A stretch of 64,000 nt of DNA from a virus: positions 1 to 64,000 of IMG/VR virus record IMGVR_UViG_3300043827_000628; one strand, 5' to 3'. Below, piece after piece: positions 1 to 9,384 of this stretch. The position numbers and the translations under genes were made by a program. The notes below the pieces were generated by a model, which searched no databases, was not told the DNA's origin, and was given only the letters and a program-made list of their open reading frames with translations. The stretch's first letter is position 1; each line of letters begins with the position of its first letter.

Positions 1-1110
1 TCATATTTTGCCATGCGCAAAACTTTCATACATGCTGTTAGAGCTAACTTTTACAATTTTAATCTTATTCGTCCAAATTCCACCTCTCATTTCTTCTATC
101 GATCTAAAACCAAGATAACTCATCGCGCTTCTAAGACCATTTACAAAATCATATACAACATCCTCTAATGATTTGTTTTCTATAAGAGGAATAAGAGTAT
201 TGTCACCCTCAACAAAAAGATTCTTTTTGGTTCCGTCATATAATTCATAATCTTCAACAACGTCTTTGCTTGCCATTCCTCTATATTTTACAAATAATTT
301 GCCATCTTTTTCTATTATGTTTTCTTCATCTACGATATCTGCTAAACCTGCAAATATTCTACCGCAAATCGCTCCATCTGCACCCGCTGCAACAGCTTTA
401 ACTAAATCTCTTGGGTTTCTAATTCCTCCATCTGCAAGAATACTTGGTCTACTTTCTTCTTTAGGATTTTCATGTCTAAAGTAATCTAAATTTGCTAGTT
501 GAAAGTTTCTAACAGCTTTCCATGCATAGTATAGACCTGTAATGCTAGGGCATCCTATACCAGTCTTAATCTGAGTAAGACACATACTTCCTGGGCCGAT
601 TAGATGTCTAAATCCATCCGCCTCTAAATTTGCAAGACGATAAACGCTTTCTTTTGTAAGAGTATTTCCTACAATAATATCTTGGGTATAAGAAGATTGC
701 TTATACCATATAAGCAAATCTTCTACATTTTGAGATAATCCATTAGCTGTATCTAAGAAAAATATATCTGTATATGGTGCAATTATTGGCAACCTTGTCG
801 GAAAATCTTTTAGACCAATTGCGTTAATACAAAAATTACTCTGGTCTTTTATGTATTTTGATTTATTAGCTTGCTGCTCTGGAGTCATAAATCTATGCAA
901 TACTCCAGCGCCGCCAATTTTATTTATTTTTATGCAAGACTTAACAGAAGATACTGTATCCATAGGAGAAAGAATAATCGGTATATCAATATATTTGTTC
1001 TTGCATATTTTTGTGATTGTGCTGACTTCTTTTCTAGATGCTATATTAGAAAAGTTTGGTAATAACGCTATATCATCATAGCCTAATCCTTCTTCAATGT
1101 GTATTTTCAT
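1..1110 (-). CDS. IMP dehydrogenase / GMP reductase family protein (no CBS domains)
   Basis: LGYDDIALLP, SPMDTVS, GGAGVLHR, catalytic loop IGPGSMCLT, ADGGIR and YRGMAS motifs. GuaB versus GuaC cannot be decided by eye. Confidence 0.9.
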   Translation of the reverse strand: MKIHIEEGLGYDDIALLPNFSNIASRKEVSTITKICKNKYIDIPIILSPMDTVSSVKSCIKINKIGGAGVLHRFMTPEQQANKSKYIKDQSNFCINAIGLKDFPTRLPIIAPYTDIFFLDTANGLSQNVEDLLIWYKQSSYTQDIIVGNTLTKESVYRLANLEADGFRHLIGPGSMCLTQIKTGIGCPSITGLYYAWKAVRNFQLANLDYFRHENPKEESRPSILADGGIRNPRDLVKAVAAGADGAICGRIFAGLADIVDEENIIEKDGKLFVKYRGMASKDVVEDYELYDGTKKNLFVEGDNTLIPLIENKSLEDVVYDFVNGLRSAMSYLGFRSIEEMRGGIWTNKIKIVKVSSNSMYESFAHGKI

Positions 1111-1111
1111 A

Positions 1112-1408
1112 TTAAAACTCTAAGATAGACTTATCCTTTCTTTTCACATGTATAATCTGCACTTCTTCCTCTTTCTTAATCTTTTGTATGTCTTCTTTTG
1201 TTAAAAACTTATCTAAATTATTTCTAATATTATCTAAATAAGCTATAGAATTCTTATGGCAAGGGCATGACGGATTTTTAGAAATTTTTTCATAGAGTTC
1301 AGCAAAAATCTTCAATTGTCCATCTATACCTTTAAGGTTATAGGAATGGATCATTATAACTAATTCCCAGTGATGCTCTATTAAAAGTGTGTCTTTATCT
1401 GGATTCAT
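1112..1408 (-). CDS. hypothetical protein (SCPC motif)
   Basis: 98-aa ORF tightly packed in the minus-strand operon. Confidence 0.7.
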   Translation of the reverse strand: MNPDKDTLLIEHHWELVIMIHSYNLKGIDGQLKIFAELYEKISKNPSCPCHKNSIAYLDNIRNNLDKFLTKEDIQKIKKEEEVQIIHVKRKDKSILEF

Positions 1409-1733
1409 ATTTTGATAATAGTAGTATTATTTTAAAGTATACTATACTTAATATATAAATCAAGCCAAAAAATTTTAAATCTATAAAATATACAAATGGC
1501 AATACTAACCAAAAATTTAAACAATAGGTACATGTAACTAATCTCACAAAAAAACAATTATAGTTAATAGATAAAAAGTTTACGAAAGAACTTACAACTC
1601 CAGCATTTTGAGCTTTTTTGTATTGCTTAACAATTGGTAAAAAGAAAAAATATTCAACAAAAACATTTGTCTGAAACCACACTAATAAAACGAAAGATAT
1701 AAAGAAAGATGCCAAAATTGCGTCAAGAATCAT
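1395..1733 (-). CDS. membrane protein with CxxC motif (DUF1360-like)
   Basis: Several hydrophobic segments and LVTCTYCLNFW. Confidence 0.6.
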   Translation of the reverse strand: MILDAILASFFISFVLLVWFQTNVFVEYFFFLPIVKQYKKAQNAGVVSSFVNFLSINYNCFFVRLVTCTYCLNFWLVLPFVYFIDLKFFGLIYILSIVYFKIILLLSKYESR

Positions 1734-2224
1734 TCTGGTGTTTCTGGATTATAAGACGGCTTGGTATCTCGTCTTAATGATTTTGAATATGTATAGCTAG
1801 AGCCTTCTATTGCGCTTGATTTCATATTTTGTTGTCTAGGCTCAATTGAAGTATGATTATAGATTAGTTTATCTGTGGGTTTTTCTTCTGCGGGTTCTAA
1901 AGCTGAAATATATCTATCTGGAAATTGTCTAGGAAAAACGCTATTAGTACTTGTAGTTCTATAAACTCCCCATTTTTGATTTGGATGATTGATTCCATAG
2001 TTTTCTTTACGAACGATATAAGTTGGAAATTGTCTATGAAAAATTGTGTTTGTACCAAAAGATTCAAATATCCAATATTCCTTGTCGCTCATCTTTCTAA
2101 TAGTCATTGATGGAAATTGTCGAGGAAAAACGCTATTTGTAGATGTTGTTCTTGTTATATAAGCTTCTTGATATTGCGCAAAAGTAGAATTTACAAATAT
2201 TAAAAATAATAATATATATTTCAT
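1730..2224 (-). CDS. secreted protein with three internal RTTSTNSVFPRQFP-type repeats
   Basis: Start moved to the ATG at 2224 (ATGA overlap with the upstream stop). MKYILLFLIFVNSTFA|Q looks like a Sec signal peptide. Confidence 0.7.
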   Translation of the reverse strand: MKYILLFLIFVNSTFAQYQEAYITRTTSTNSVFPRQFPSMTIRKMSDKEYWIFESFGTNTIFHRQFPTYIVRKENYGINHPNQKWGVYRTTSTNSVFPRQFPDRYISALEPAEEKPTDKLIYNHTSIEPRQQNMKSSAIEGSSYTYSKSLRRDTKPSYNPETPE

Positions 2225-2646
2225 GTTGTATCTTTTATTGAGTATTTTGTTATAGGAAATATAAGTAGCCAAGCAATTCTATCTCCGACATAAATATCAA
2301 TTTTAGTTTTTTCTCCAAAAAATCTTTCATGATCTGACATCATAATTGGACCTTTAGGTATATTAACATTCATTACCGCTAATTCCAATTCTTTTTTATC
2401 AGATGGTAATAAAATTTCTGAAAATGCATATAGTCCATTTTTAATATATAAATCTTTTTTAGATTGTACCAAACCAAAATATCCTTCTGGAACCTCTATC
2501 TCTAAAAAGGTTTTAATAAGTTTTCTTTCTCCTGGTGGAATATAACATCTTTCAGCACTAGATATAGAATATATAAATTCATCATGATCTTCTGTAAGAT
2601 TTTTTGCTTTGTCGTATAATCTTTTAAATTTAATTTCAGGATTCAT
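2221..2646 (-). CDS. degenerate trimeric dUTPase-fold protein
   Basis: IPPGERKLIKT, IEVPEGYFGLV and GDRIAWLL scaffold present; catalytic motifs II, III and V are altered or absent. Confidence 0.7.
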   Translation of the reverse strand: MNPEIKFKRLYDKAKNLTEDHDEFIYSISSAERCYIPPGERKLIKTFLEIEVPEGYFGLVQSKKDLYIKNGLYAFSEILLPSDKKELELAVMNVNIPKGPIMMSDHERFFGEKTKIDIYVGDRIAWLLIFPITKYSIKDTT

Positions 2647-3052
2647 ATTTTATTAAATTAATATTGTGAAATTTAAATACATCTTTAGATATGCAATCTC
2701 TTTCGTAATCTTCTAAGTATAAAACTTTTGAAATATTGTGTGATGCTATCATATTAGCGCAACTTGGGCAAGGTAAAAGAGTAACAGCTAAAAGATATGC
2801 CTTATGAATATCAACATTAGCTAGGGCATTTACTTCAGCATGAATTATATAATTTCTTCTATTCTCCCTATCACTCCAAAAATCTTGGCCTTTCGTATGA
2901 CCAGTCCTAATCCCATTATAGCCAACTCCAAGTACTCTGCCATTTTTATCTAATACACAAGCCCCCACTTTCTTATGAGGATCTTCTGATCTTTTAGATG
3001 CAGTAATAGCTATCTTAATTGCCATTTGATCAAATGATATTCTATTTTCCAT
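2636..3052 (-). CDS. dCMP deaminase
   Basis: KVGAC, GYNG, HAEVNAL and PCPSC zinc motif. Confidence 0.92.
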   Translation of the reverse strand: MENRISFDQMAIKIAITASKRSEDPHKKVGACVLDKNGRVLGVGYNGIRTGHTKGQDFWSDRENRRNYIIHAEVNALANVDIHKAYLLAVTLLPCPSCANMIASHNISKVLYLEDYERDCISKDVFKFHNINLIKYES

Positions 3053-3125
3053 TAAGACCCCTACAGTTGTTTAAGATTAAGTAAAGAAATATACTAAATA
3101 ATATTATATTCGATAGAGCTTCCAT
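3042..3125 (-). CDS. 27-aa single-TM peptide, first gene of the leftward operon
   Basis: ATG at 3125 lies 8 nt below a TTGCAT-N17-TAAGAT promoter; sequence MEALSNIILFSIFLYLILNNCRGLNGK. Confidence 0.5.
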   Translation of the reverse strand: MEALSNIILFSIFLYLILNNCRGLNGK

Positions 3126-3133
3126 ATTTAAAT

Positions 3134-3177
3134 ATCTTAACATTTTTATTATAAAAATGCAAGTATTTTTATATAAT
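3134..3177. promoter_or_regulatory. overlapping divergent sigma70-type promoters with a central palindrome
   Basis: Minus strand TTGCAT(3162-3157)-N17-TAAGAT; plus strand TATAAT 3172-3177; palindrome CATTTTTA-TTA-TAAAAATG at 3141-3159. Confidence 0.6.
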
Positions 3178-3185
3178 ATAACTGG

Positions 3186-3614
3186 ATGACTATTGTTGAG
3201 GCTGCAAATAAGATTATAGAACATTTCAATAAAAAAGAGTCTTTTTGCATGGAAGAAGACTACAGAGACTTGATGCAAATATCCGAAACTCCAGATGAAG
3301 ATAAGATAGCTTTTATACTGGCCTTAGAAGATCTAGAGAAGAATGATTTTGTAAAATCTCATAACTATAATAAAAAAAGAATTTATATATTAAAAAAACC
3401 TTTAAATTCATTTGATCAAAACATTACTCTCAGTGGTTTTACTTGTAATATGATAGGCAAAGTTATAAATGATTTCTGCGATAAGATAAAAGATAAAAGA
3501 GATTATTGTGATACCAGAAATATTAATGAAAAAGATATAAGAAATTTAATATTTTTAGCTTCTTTAAATACAACAACTAACCAAGGAAATGAAAATGTAA
3601 TTGACAAAGTCTAA
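3186..3614 (+). CDS. hypothetical protein
   Basis: 142-aa ORF with a -10 box 8 nt upstream. Confidence 0.75.
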   Translation: MTIVEAANKIIEHFNKKESFCMEEDYRDLMQISETPDEDKIAFILALEDLEKNDFVKSHNYNKKRIYILKKPLNSFDQNITLSGFTCNMIGKVINDFCDKIKDKRDYCDTRNINEKDIRNLIFLASLNTTTNQGNENVIDKV

Positions 3615-3629
3615 AAGATGTGGTAGTAT
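3601..3629 (+). promoter_or_regulatory. sigma70-type promoter (leaderless transcript)
   Basis: TTGACA-N17-TAGTAT with extended TG; ATG 9 nt downstream. Confidence 0.7.
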
Positions 3630-3638
3630 ATACTACTA

Positions 3639-4232
3639 ATGCAAAATAAAATTATTGGGGTTTCTGGATGTGCAAGATCTGGCAAAGATACGTTCTTTAA
3701 TATATTAAAAAAATATATTCCGGAAGTAGAACAAGTTGCATTAGCTTTCGAATTAAAAAAAGACTTAGATGATTTTTTGAAATCTAAAATAGGAATATCT
3801 GTATTTACAGACGATACAAAAGAAAAAAACCTAATTCGTGGTTTAATGGTAGAATACGGAAAAATAAAAAGACAACAAACTGAAGGAACTTATTGGACTT
3901 GCTTAGCTCAAAAGAAAATTAATGAAATATTAAGGAGTGATAAGATTCCTGTTGTTACAGATGTAAGATATGACATTTACCCAAAAGATGAGTTCTTTTG
4001 GTTGAAAGAGCAAAACAATGGGGCGCTAGTACATATTACTCGGATGTTTGGAAATGATGAAATTCCACCTGCTAACGAAGAAGAATCTATTAATAATGAA
4101 AAGTTAAAAACTAAAGCTGATTATTCTATAAGATGGAATACTGTAGAACCCAATCATAAAGCTTTAGATGATAATCATCTTAATGAAAATGTAAAAGGGT
4201 TTATAAAATACTATGCAAAATTTAGAAAATAA
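3639..4232 (+). CDS. deoxynucleoside monophosphate kinase
   Basis: IIGVSGCARSGKDT P-loop and VVTDVRY motif typical of phage dNMP kinases. Confidence 0.85.
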   Translation: MQNKIIGVSGCARSGKDTFFNILKKYIPEVEQVALAFELKKDLDDFLKSKIGISVFTDDTKEKNLIRGLMVEYGKIKRQQTEGTYWTCLAQKKINEILRSDKIPVVTDVRYDIYPKDEFFWLKEQNNGALVHITRMFGNDEIPPANEEESINNEKLKTKADYSIRWNTVEPNHKALDDNHLNENVKGFIKYYAKFRK

Positions 4233-4818
4233 AACTGATAAATATTTAGTACGAAAAGTCCAAAAAGAAAACTGCGAAGATAGTTTAAAGATATTAATAA
4301 ATAGACATACGCCGATATGTTTTAAAATATATAAAAAATATATTGCATCTTTTAATATTAAAAATATAGATGTAAATGAAATATATCAGCAAAAAGATTA
4401 TATAATATATAGAACTATTAAGTCTTTCAAAAATAATAAAAAAACTAAATTTTCTACTTGGTTAGCTAATCAAATAAGATATCAATGTTTAAACGCTATC
4501 AATAAAAAAGAAGATCTTACATATATGAATTATCCTGAACTTCAATTTATCATAGATAAAGCGCAACCTAAAGATAATAACAATGAAAAATTAAACGAAT
4601 TAAGAGAATATATCAATTCATTGCTGCAGCAATTAAAAGATAGAAGAATATCAAAAATATTTAATATGCGTTATTTTGAAACAGATTTGAATCAGACGTG
4701 GACTAAAATTGGTAAAAGAATGAATATGAGCACTCAAAATGCAATCAATCTTCATAATAAAGGCGTTCGAATATTAAAAAATAAATTGACAAGTAAGGAT
4801 TTGTTTGATAGAATTTAA
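4213..4818 (+). CDS. phage RNA polymerase sigma70-family factor
   Basis: Region 2 signature KTKFSTWLANQIRY and region 4 HTH (MRYF...TWTKIGKRMNMSTQNAINLHNKG). Confidence 0.85.
   Translation: MQNLENKTDKYLVRKVQKENCEDSLKILINRHTPICFKIYKKYIASFNIKNIDVNEIYQQKDYIIYRTIKSFKNNKKTKFSTWLANQIRYQCLNAINKKEDLTYMNYPELQFIIDKAQPKDNNNEKLNELREYINSLLQQLKDRRISKIFNMRYFETDLNQTWTKIGKRMNMSTQNAINLHNKGVRILKNKLTSKDLFDRI
4786..4814 (+). promoter_or_regulatory. sigma70-type promoter
   Basis: TTGACA-N17-TAGAAT followed by SD TAAGGAG before 4840. Confidence 0.7.
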
Positions 4819-4839
4819 AAATAAGGAGATACAAAATAA

Positions 4840-5160
4840 ATGAAAGAAAATAACAAAACTGATTGGTCGAAGTTAGAACTAGGTGCTCTTTGGAAGAGAA
4901 AGAGCGCGACCCAAACATATCTAAGTGGATATATTAAAGTCGATGAGCTTGGTACTCAAAAAGAAGTTAAGGTTATAGTTTTCTCTAATAAGAGTAAAAA
5001 GGATAATGAGAAAGCTCCAGATTTTAGAGTATATCTATCTGAGCCAAGAAATACTTCTTCTGAAGATTCAACAAAAGCTCCAGTAAAGAATCAAGTAAAA
5101 CTTGTTCAAAAGAAAGCACCAGTTACTGTATCGGAATTTGAAGACGAAGATATTCTGTGA
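4840..5160 (+). CDS. DUF736-like protein with acidic C-terminal tail
   Basis: LGALW...YLSG and KAPDFRVY motifs; C-terminus EFEDEDIL. Confidence 0.7.
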   Translation: MKENNKTDWSKLELGALWKRKSATQTYLSGYIKVDELGTQKEVKVIVFSNKSKKDNEKAPDFRVYLSEPRNTSSEDSTKAPVKNQVKLVQKKAPVTVSEFEDEDIL

Positions 5161-6245
5161 GCAAAAACTTAGCATTACATTTACCTGTTAATGCTGTAAG
5201 TTTCGGGCAGGTTTCAGTTGGTATTCTTAGAGAATTCTACAGAAGAAAACTGGAGCCTTGCCTATTTTTAATTGGTAATCAAGCAGATCTTGGCGTCTAT
5301 AATGTAGATTCTGATTTTTCACAGTGGATACAGAATTGTATTAATAAATCTCTAAAAGATCACAAAAGATCAAATCCTATATTTAAACTATGGCATATCA
5401 ATGGATCTTTTGAGTCTTATAGTGATAAGCAAATTCTTTTATCATTTTACGAGCTTGATTCTCCAACCGCAGAAGAGATTAATATTCTAAAGAATAATCA
5501 CAAGGTATTAGTATCATCAGAATATACGAAAAAAGTTTTTGAAGATAGTGGAAGTTTAAATGTTGATTATCTACCATTAGCGTTTGATTCTCATAGTTTT
5601 TCCGTAAAGGATACTGCTAAAGTTCTTAATGACAGAATCACTTTTAATGTAGTTGGTAAATTGGAAAGAAGAAAGCATCATGCAAAAATAATTAAATCTT
5701 GGGCAAGTAAATATGGTAATAAAAAAGATTACTATTTAAATTGCTCTATCTATAATCACTTTATTAAACCAGAGGATCAACAGAAGCTAATTGCATCTAT
5801 TTTAGAAAATCAGAAGTTTTTCAATATTAACTTCTTGGGCTTTATGCCTACAAATAGCATTTATAATGATTATCTAAATTCAGCAGATGTTATTATTGGC
5901 ATGAGTGGAGGCGAAGGTTGGGGATTGCCAGAGTTTAATAGTCTATGCTTGGGTAAGCATGGAGTTATATTAAATGCTCATGCATATAAAAGCTGGGCTA
6001 ATGAAGAAAATTCTGTTCTAGTAAATCCCAGCGGTAAAATTCAATCTTATGACAACCTGTTCTTTAAGAAAGGTACTCCATATAATCAAGGCAATATCTT
6101 TGATTTTAATCATAATGAATTCCTTTCCGCCTGTGATAAAGCTGTAGAAAGAGTTAAATCTAATAGAGTAAATCAAGCTGGTTTAAAATTACAAAATAAA
6201 TTTACTTATCAAAAAATGGTTGACTCCATATTAAGTTATGCCTGA
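5157..6245 (+). CDS. GT-B (GT4-like) glycosyltransferase
   Basis: VGKLERRK and SGGEGWGLPEF (Ex7E-like) motifs. Confidence 0.85.
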   Translation: MSKNLALHLPVNAVSFGQVSVGILREFYRRKLEPCLFLIGNQADLGVYNVDSDFSQWIQNCINKSLKDHKRSNPIFKLWHINGSFESYSDKQILLSFYELDSPTAEEINILKNNHKVLVSSEYTKKVFEDSGSLNVDYLPLAFDSHSFSVKDTAKVLNDRITFNVVGKLERRKHHAKIIKSWASKYGNKKDYYLNCSIYNHFIKPEDQQKLIASILENQKFFNINFLGFMPTNSIYNDYLNSADVIIGMSGGEGWGLPEFNSLCLGKHGVILNAHAYKSWANEENSVLVNPSGKIQSYDNLFFKKGTPYNQGNIFDFNHNEFLSACDKAVERVKSNRVNQAGLKLQNKFTYQKMVDSILSYA

Positions 6246-6588
6246 GTATCTCTATCAGAATCCAGATACTGAAGAAGTTAAAAGTATTATTCAAAGTATT
6301 CATGATGTCCATGAGTATATTGATAACAAAGGAGTTAAATGGCTTAGAGTATATACTGTCCCACAGATGGGCGTAGATACAAAGATGGATTCATCAACAG
6401 ATTCTAAAACATTTTCAGAAAAGACCAAGAATAAGAGAGGTACTTTAGGAGATCTTTTTGATCAGAGCAAAGAATTATCTGAGGCTAGGAAAAAGATGTA
6501 CGGAAAAGATCCAGTCAAGAAGAAGTATTGGGATGACTGGAGCAAAAAGCGTAAAGGCAAAAAACATCCAGAGATGTTTAAGGATTAA
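6238..6588 (+). CDS. FmdB-like small protein (cysteines lost)
   Basis: MPEYLYQ N-terminus and RVYTVPQ resemble FmdB zinc-ribbon proteins. Confidence 0.5.
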   Translation: MPEYLYQNPDTEEVKSIIQSIHDVHEYIDNKGVKWLRVYTVPQMGVDTKMDSSTDSKTFSEKTKNKRGTLGDLFDQSKELSEARKKMYGKDPVKKKYWDDWSKKRKGKKHPEMFKD

Positions 6589-6590
6589 AT

Positions 6591-6854
6591 TTAAACAAAA
6601 TTTAAATCTAATTCTAGCTTACTTACTGCTTGTCCTCTATCAAATCTTTTGATAAAATTTGTTCCTTCTTTTGGGATTTCAGCATGATAAGATTTACCAT
6701 TATTAAGACTAATCTTAATGTGATCTGCTAAAACAGAAACAGTTTTTAGATTACGAATATTATCTTTAAGAGAACGAGCTATTGCACAATTTTCTGGATT
6801 AGCTAATTCGCCTTCTTTAATATTCTTATTTGTTACTTTGATTTGTTTATTCAT
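6591..6854 (-). CDS. hypothetical protein
   Basis: 87-aa ORF, ATGA-coupled to the upstream gene. Confidence 0.7.
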   Translation of the reverse strand: MNKQIKVTNKNIKEGELANPENCAIARSLKDNIRNLKTVSVLADHIKISLNNGKSYHAEIPKEGTNFIKRFDRGQAVSKLELDLNFV

Positions 6855-7492
6855 TCTTTTACCTCCTCTATTTTATACTCATAGTTATCATTATCTTCTG
6901 TTACCCATTTTGGGCAATTCTCTACGGTATAAATCTCACTATTGACTTTACGCTCTATTAAATTTTGGCCTTGTTTTGTAACATAATTTGGATCATATAC
7001 TTTGATTCTATTATTAGGCTGTATTCCAAAATTACCATTATCTAATTGTATTACATGCCCACATTTATGTTGTCCAGGATTTTCACTAAATCCAAAATTG
7101 AGTTCATTGAAATCACTATGAGCCCAATCTAAAGTAAATAAATAGGTTCCTAAATATTCTTTGCCACTTCTAGCTAAAAATTTAATTTTTTTATTTTGTA
7201 ATAATGAGAATTTTGTTACGGCTATATGATAGCTAAAACTATCCCATAGTTCTAATTCATGAAGATCTTGCTCTAGTGTTCCTTCTTTTGTGCAAAACGC
7301 ACTAATAGGTGCATGCCACCAAATCCCACCGTCTTCCATCAAAAAATTAAAAAGTGGTACTTGACTTGGCAGACTAGTGACTCCAAAGATTAGGCATGAA
7401 AAATATTTATCGTGAGAATCCTTTTGATTTCTTAAGTAATTTCCGCGAACAAAACATTCAATCGGGGGTATGTTAGCGTTTAAAAATGCCAT
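6851..7492 (-). CDS. phage protein of unknown function (LFTLDW / QHKCGH / QPNNR motifs)
   Basis: 213-aa ORF preceded by the GTGTAA motif. Confidence 0.75.
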   Translation of the reverse strand: MAFLNANIPPIECFVRGNYLRNQKDSHDKYFSCLIFGVTSLPSQVPLFNFLMEDGGIWWHAPISAFCTKEGTLEQDLHELELWDSFSYHIAVTKFSLLQNKKIKFLARSGKEYLGTYLFTLDWAHSDFNELNFGFSENPGQHKCGHVIQLDNGNFGIQPNNRIKVYDPNYVTKQGQNLIERKVNSEIYTVENCPKWVTEDNDNYEYKIEEVKE

Positions 7493-7503
7493 CGTTAATT
7501 TAT

Positions 7504-7530
7504 TTACACATTATTTAGTATTTCGTGTAA
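7504..7530. promoter_or_regulatory. back-to-back GTGTAA phage promoter motifs
   Basis: TTACAC 7504-7509 serves the minus-strand gene and GTGTAA 7525-7530 serves phoH; both lie in a 56-nt divergent gap. Confidence 0.65.
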
Positions 7531-7548
7531 ATATGAATATAAAGTTTA

Positions 7549-8292
7549 ATGTCTAAAAAACACAAGCAAAAGTCACAAGACAAGTCGCCAATAGTTCCTC
7601 AAAGAGATAAAATTGAAGGTTTTTTAGATGTTCGCGAATTACAATGGACTCATAACCAAAAAAAATTCATAGAATTAATACAGAATAAAGAAACAAAAGT
7701 CGTATTCTGTAAGGGACCAGCGGGCACAGCTAAGAGTTTATTATCTGTATATTCTGCTTTAAAAACCCTTAGTGATAAGAAAATAGGCGAGATTTTCTAT
7801 ATACGTAATCCAGTAGAGAGTTCTACCCACAATCTTGGATTTTTAAAAGGCGATCTGCATAGCAAGTTAGACCCATATTTACAACCATTAATGGATAAAT
7901 TACATGAATTATTGCCAAAACAACAAGTTGAGAGATTATTAAGGGAAGAAAGAGTAAAGGGTCTTCCCGTAGGATTCCTTAGAGGATTAAGCATAAATGC
8001 CAGTTATATAATATGTGACGAAGCTCAAAATTTAAGTATACATGATCTACTATTAATAACTACGAGAATGGGTAGATTTAGTAAATTAATACTAATTGGC
8101 GACATTAGACAATCAGATATTAAAAATAGTGGTTTTGAAAATATATATAATTTATTTGATGATAAGAAAAGTAAAGATAAGGGAATATATACATTTAAAT
8201 TTGGTACAGATGATATTATGAGAAATGATATTCTTGGCTATATTATTGAAAAATTTGAAGAACTATCTGCCAAGAACAGTACACGTAAATAA
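7549..8292 (+). CDS. phoH: PhoH family ATPase
   Basis: GPAGTAKS, LGFLKG, FLRG, DEAQN and TRMG...GDIRQSD motifs. Confidence 0.95.
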   Translation: MSKKHKQKSQDKSPIVPQRDKIEGFLDVRELQWTHNQKKFIELIQNKETKVVFCKGPAGTAKSLLSVYSALKTLSDKKIGEIFYIRNPVESSTHNLGFLKGDLHSKLDPYLQPLMDKLHELLPKQQVERLLREERVKGLPVGFLRGLSINASYIICDEAQNLSIHDLLLITTRMGRFSKLILIGDIRQSDIKNSGFENIYNLFDDKKSKDKGIYTFKFGTDDIMRNDILGYIIEKFEELSAKNSTRK

Positions 8293-8338
8293 AGTTTAAA
8301 ATTAGAAAAAAGTATATTTAGAACCTATAATCTTACAT

Positions 8339-8710
8339 ATGCCAAAAATATATTGTAGTAATTGCGGTAATCTAATCCAATATAATGATGTTAAACCCAA
8401 TTTTTGTCAAAAATGTGGAGCAAATATAGCTTCTGGAAAAGTACAAATTAGTGCACAACCGCAAATAAAAATTATTCAAGAGTCTAGACCAAGAGTCAGC
8501 AATTTAAATTGGGATATAGAAATACAAAAACCTAGAGGCGAAAAACTAAAAGATTTAGCTAAAGGGGAAAAGGTTAATATTGATTTTAGGCAGACAGATG
8601 AAAATCTTTCTAAAGAAGAATTTCTAAAACAATTTCAAAAAGAAGCAGGTACTTTACGCAGAGGAAATCAAAATTATCAAGCTTCTGATGAAGAACCAGA
8701 AGATGCGTGA
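8339..8710 (+). CDS. zinc-ribbon protein
   Basis: YCSNCG...KPNFCQKCG. Confidence 0.75.
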   Translation: MPKIYCSNCGNLIQYNDVKPNFCQKCGANIASGKVQISAQPQIKIIQESRPRVSNLNWDIEIQKPRGEKLKDLAKGEKVNIDFRQTDENLSKEEFLKQFQKEAGTLRRGNQNYQASDEEPEDA

Positions 8711-9384
8711 AAAAACCAACATTTGAAAATAAATTCAACGAAATAAATACTGAAATCTACAAGCGAAAGCATAAGTGGAATTTAACATCACTTGCTTGGA
8801 TGGACTTTGATGATGTTGCACAAATTTTAAGAATACATATACATAAAAAATGGAATATGTATGATCCAAAACAGCCACTTGCTCCTTGGATTAATAGAAT
8901 TGTTAGTAATCAAATCAAAAATCTTATTCGTAATAATTACGGAAATTATTCTCGTCCATGTTTAAAGTGTGCAGCTGCAGAAAATGAGGAACATTGTAAT
9001 ATTTATGGCAAACAATGTAATGCTTGTCCACTTTATGCTGCTTGGGAAAAGAATAAGAAGAACGCGCATGATACTAAATTACCACTCGCTTTAGAAAATC
9101 ATACTAAAGAAGTTCATGAGATGCAAGATGGTAAAATTAATATTGAAGAGAGTGCAAATAACATCCATCGTAAAATGCAGCAAGTATTAAAACCAACTGA
9201 ATGGAAAGTATATAAACTTTTATATATTGAACACAAGGATGAAGATCAAGTCGCTGCAAGCATGGGTTACAAAACTAATGAAAAAAATCGTGCTCCTGGA
9301 TATAAGCAAGTACAGAATATTAAAAAAACTATAATGACAAAAGTAAAAAAATATATTTATAGCGATGAAATAGACATTCAATGA
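8707..9384 (+). CDS. sigma-factor-like protein with Cys-rich insertion
   Basis: DFDDVAQ..., YDPKQPLAPWINRIVSNQIKNLIR (region 2) and a C-terminal HTH; CLKC...C...CNACP insert between them. Confidence 0.7.
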   Translation: MKKPTFENKFNEINTEIYKRKHKWNLTSLAWMDFDDVAQILRIHIHKKWNMYDPKQPLAPWINRIVSNQIKNLIRNNYGNYSRPCLKCAAAENEEHCNIYGKQCNACPLYAAWEKNKKNAHDTKLPLALENHTKEVHEMQDGKINIEESANNIHRKMQQVLKPTEWKVYKLLYIEHKDEDQVAASMGYKTNEKNRAPGYKQVQNIKKTIMTKVKKYIYSDEIDIQ

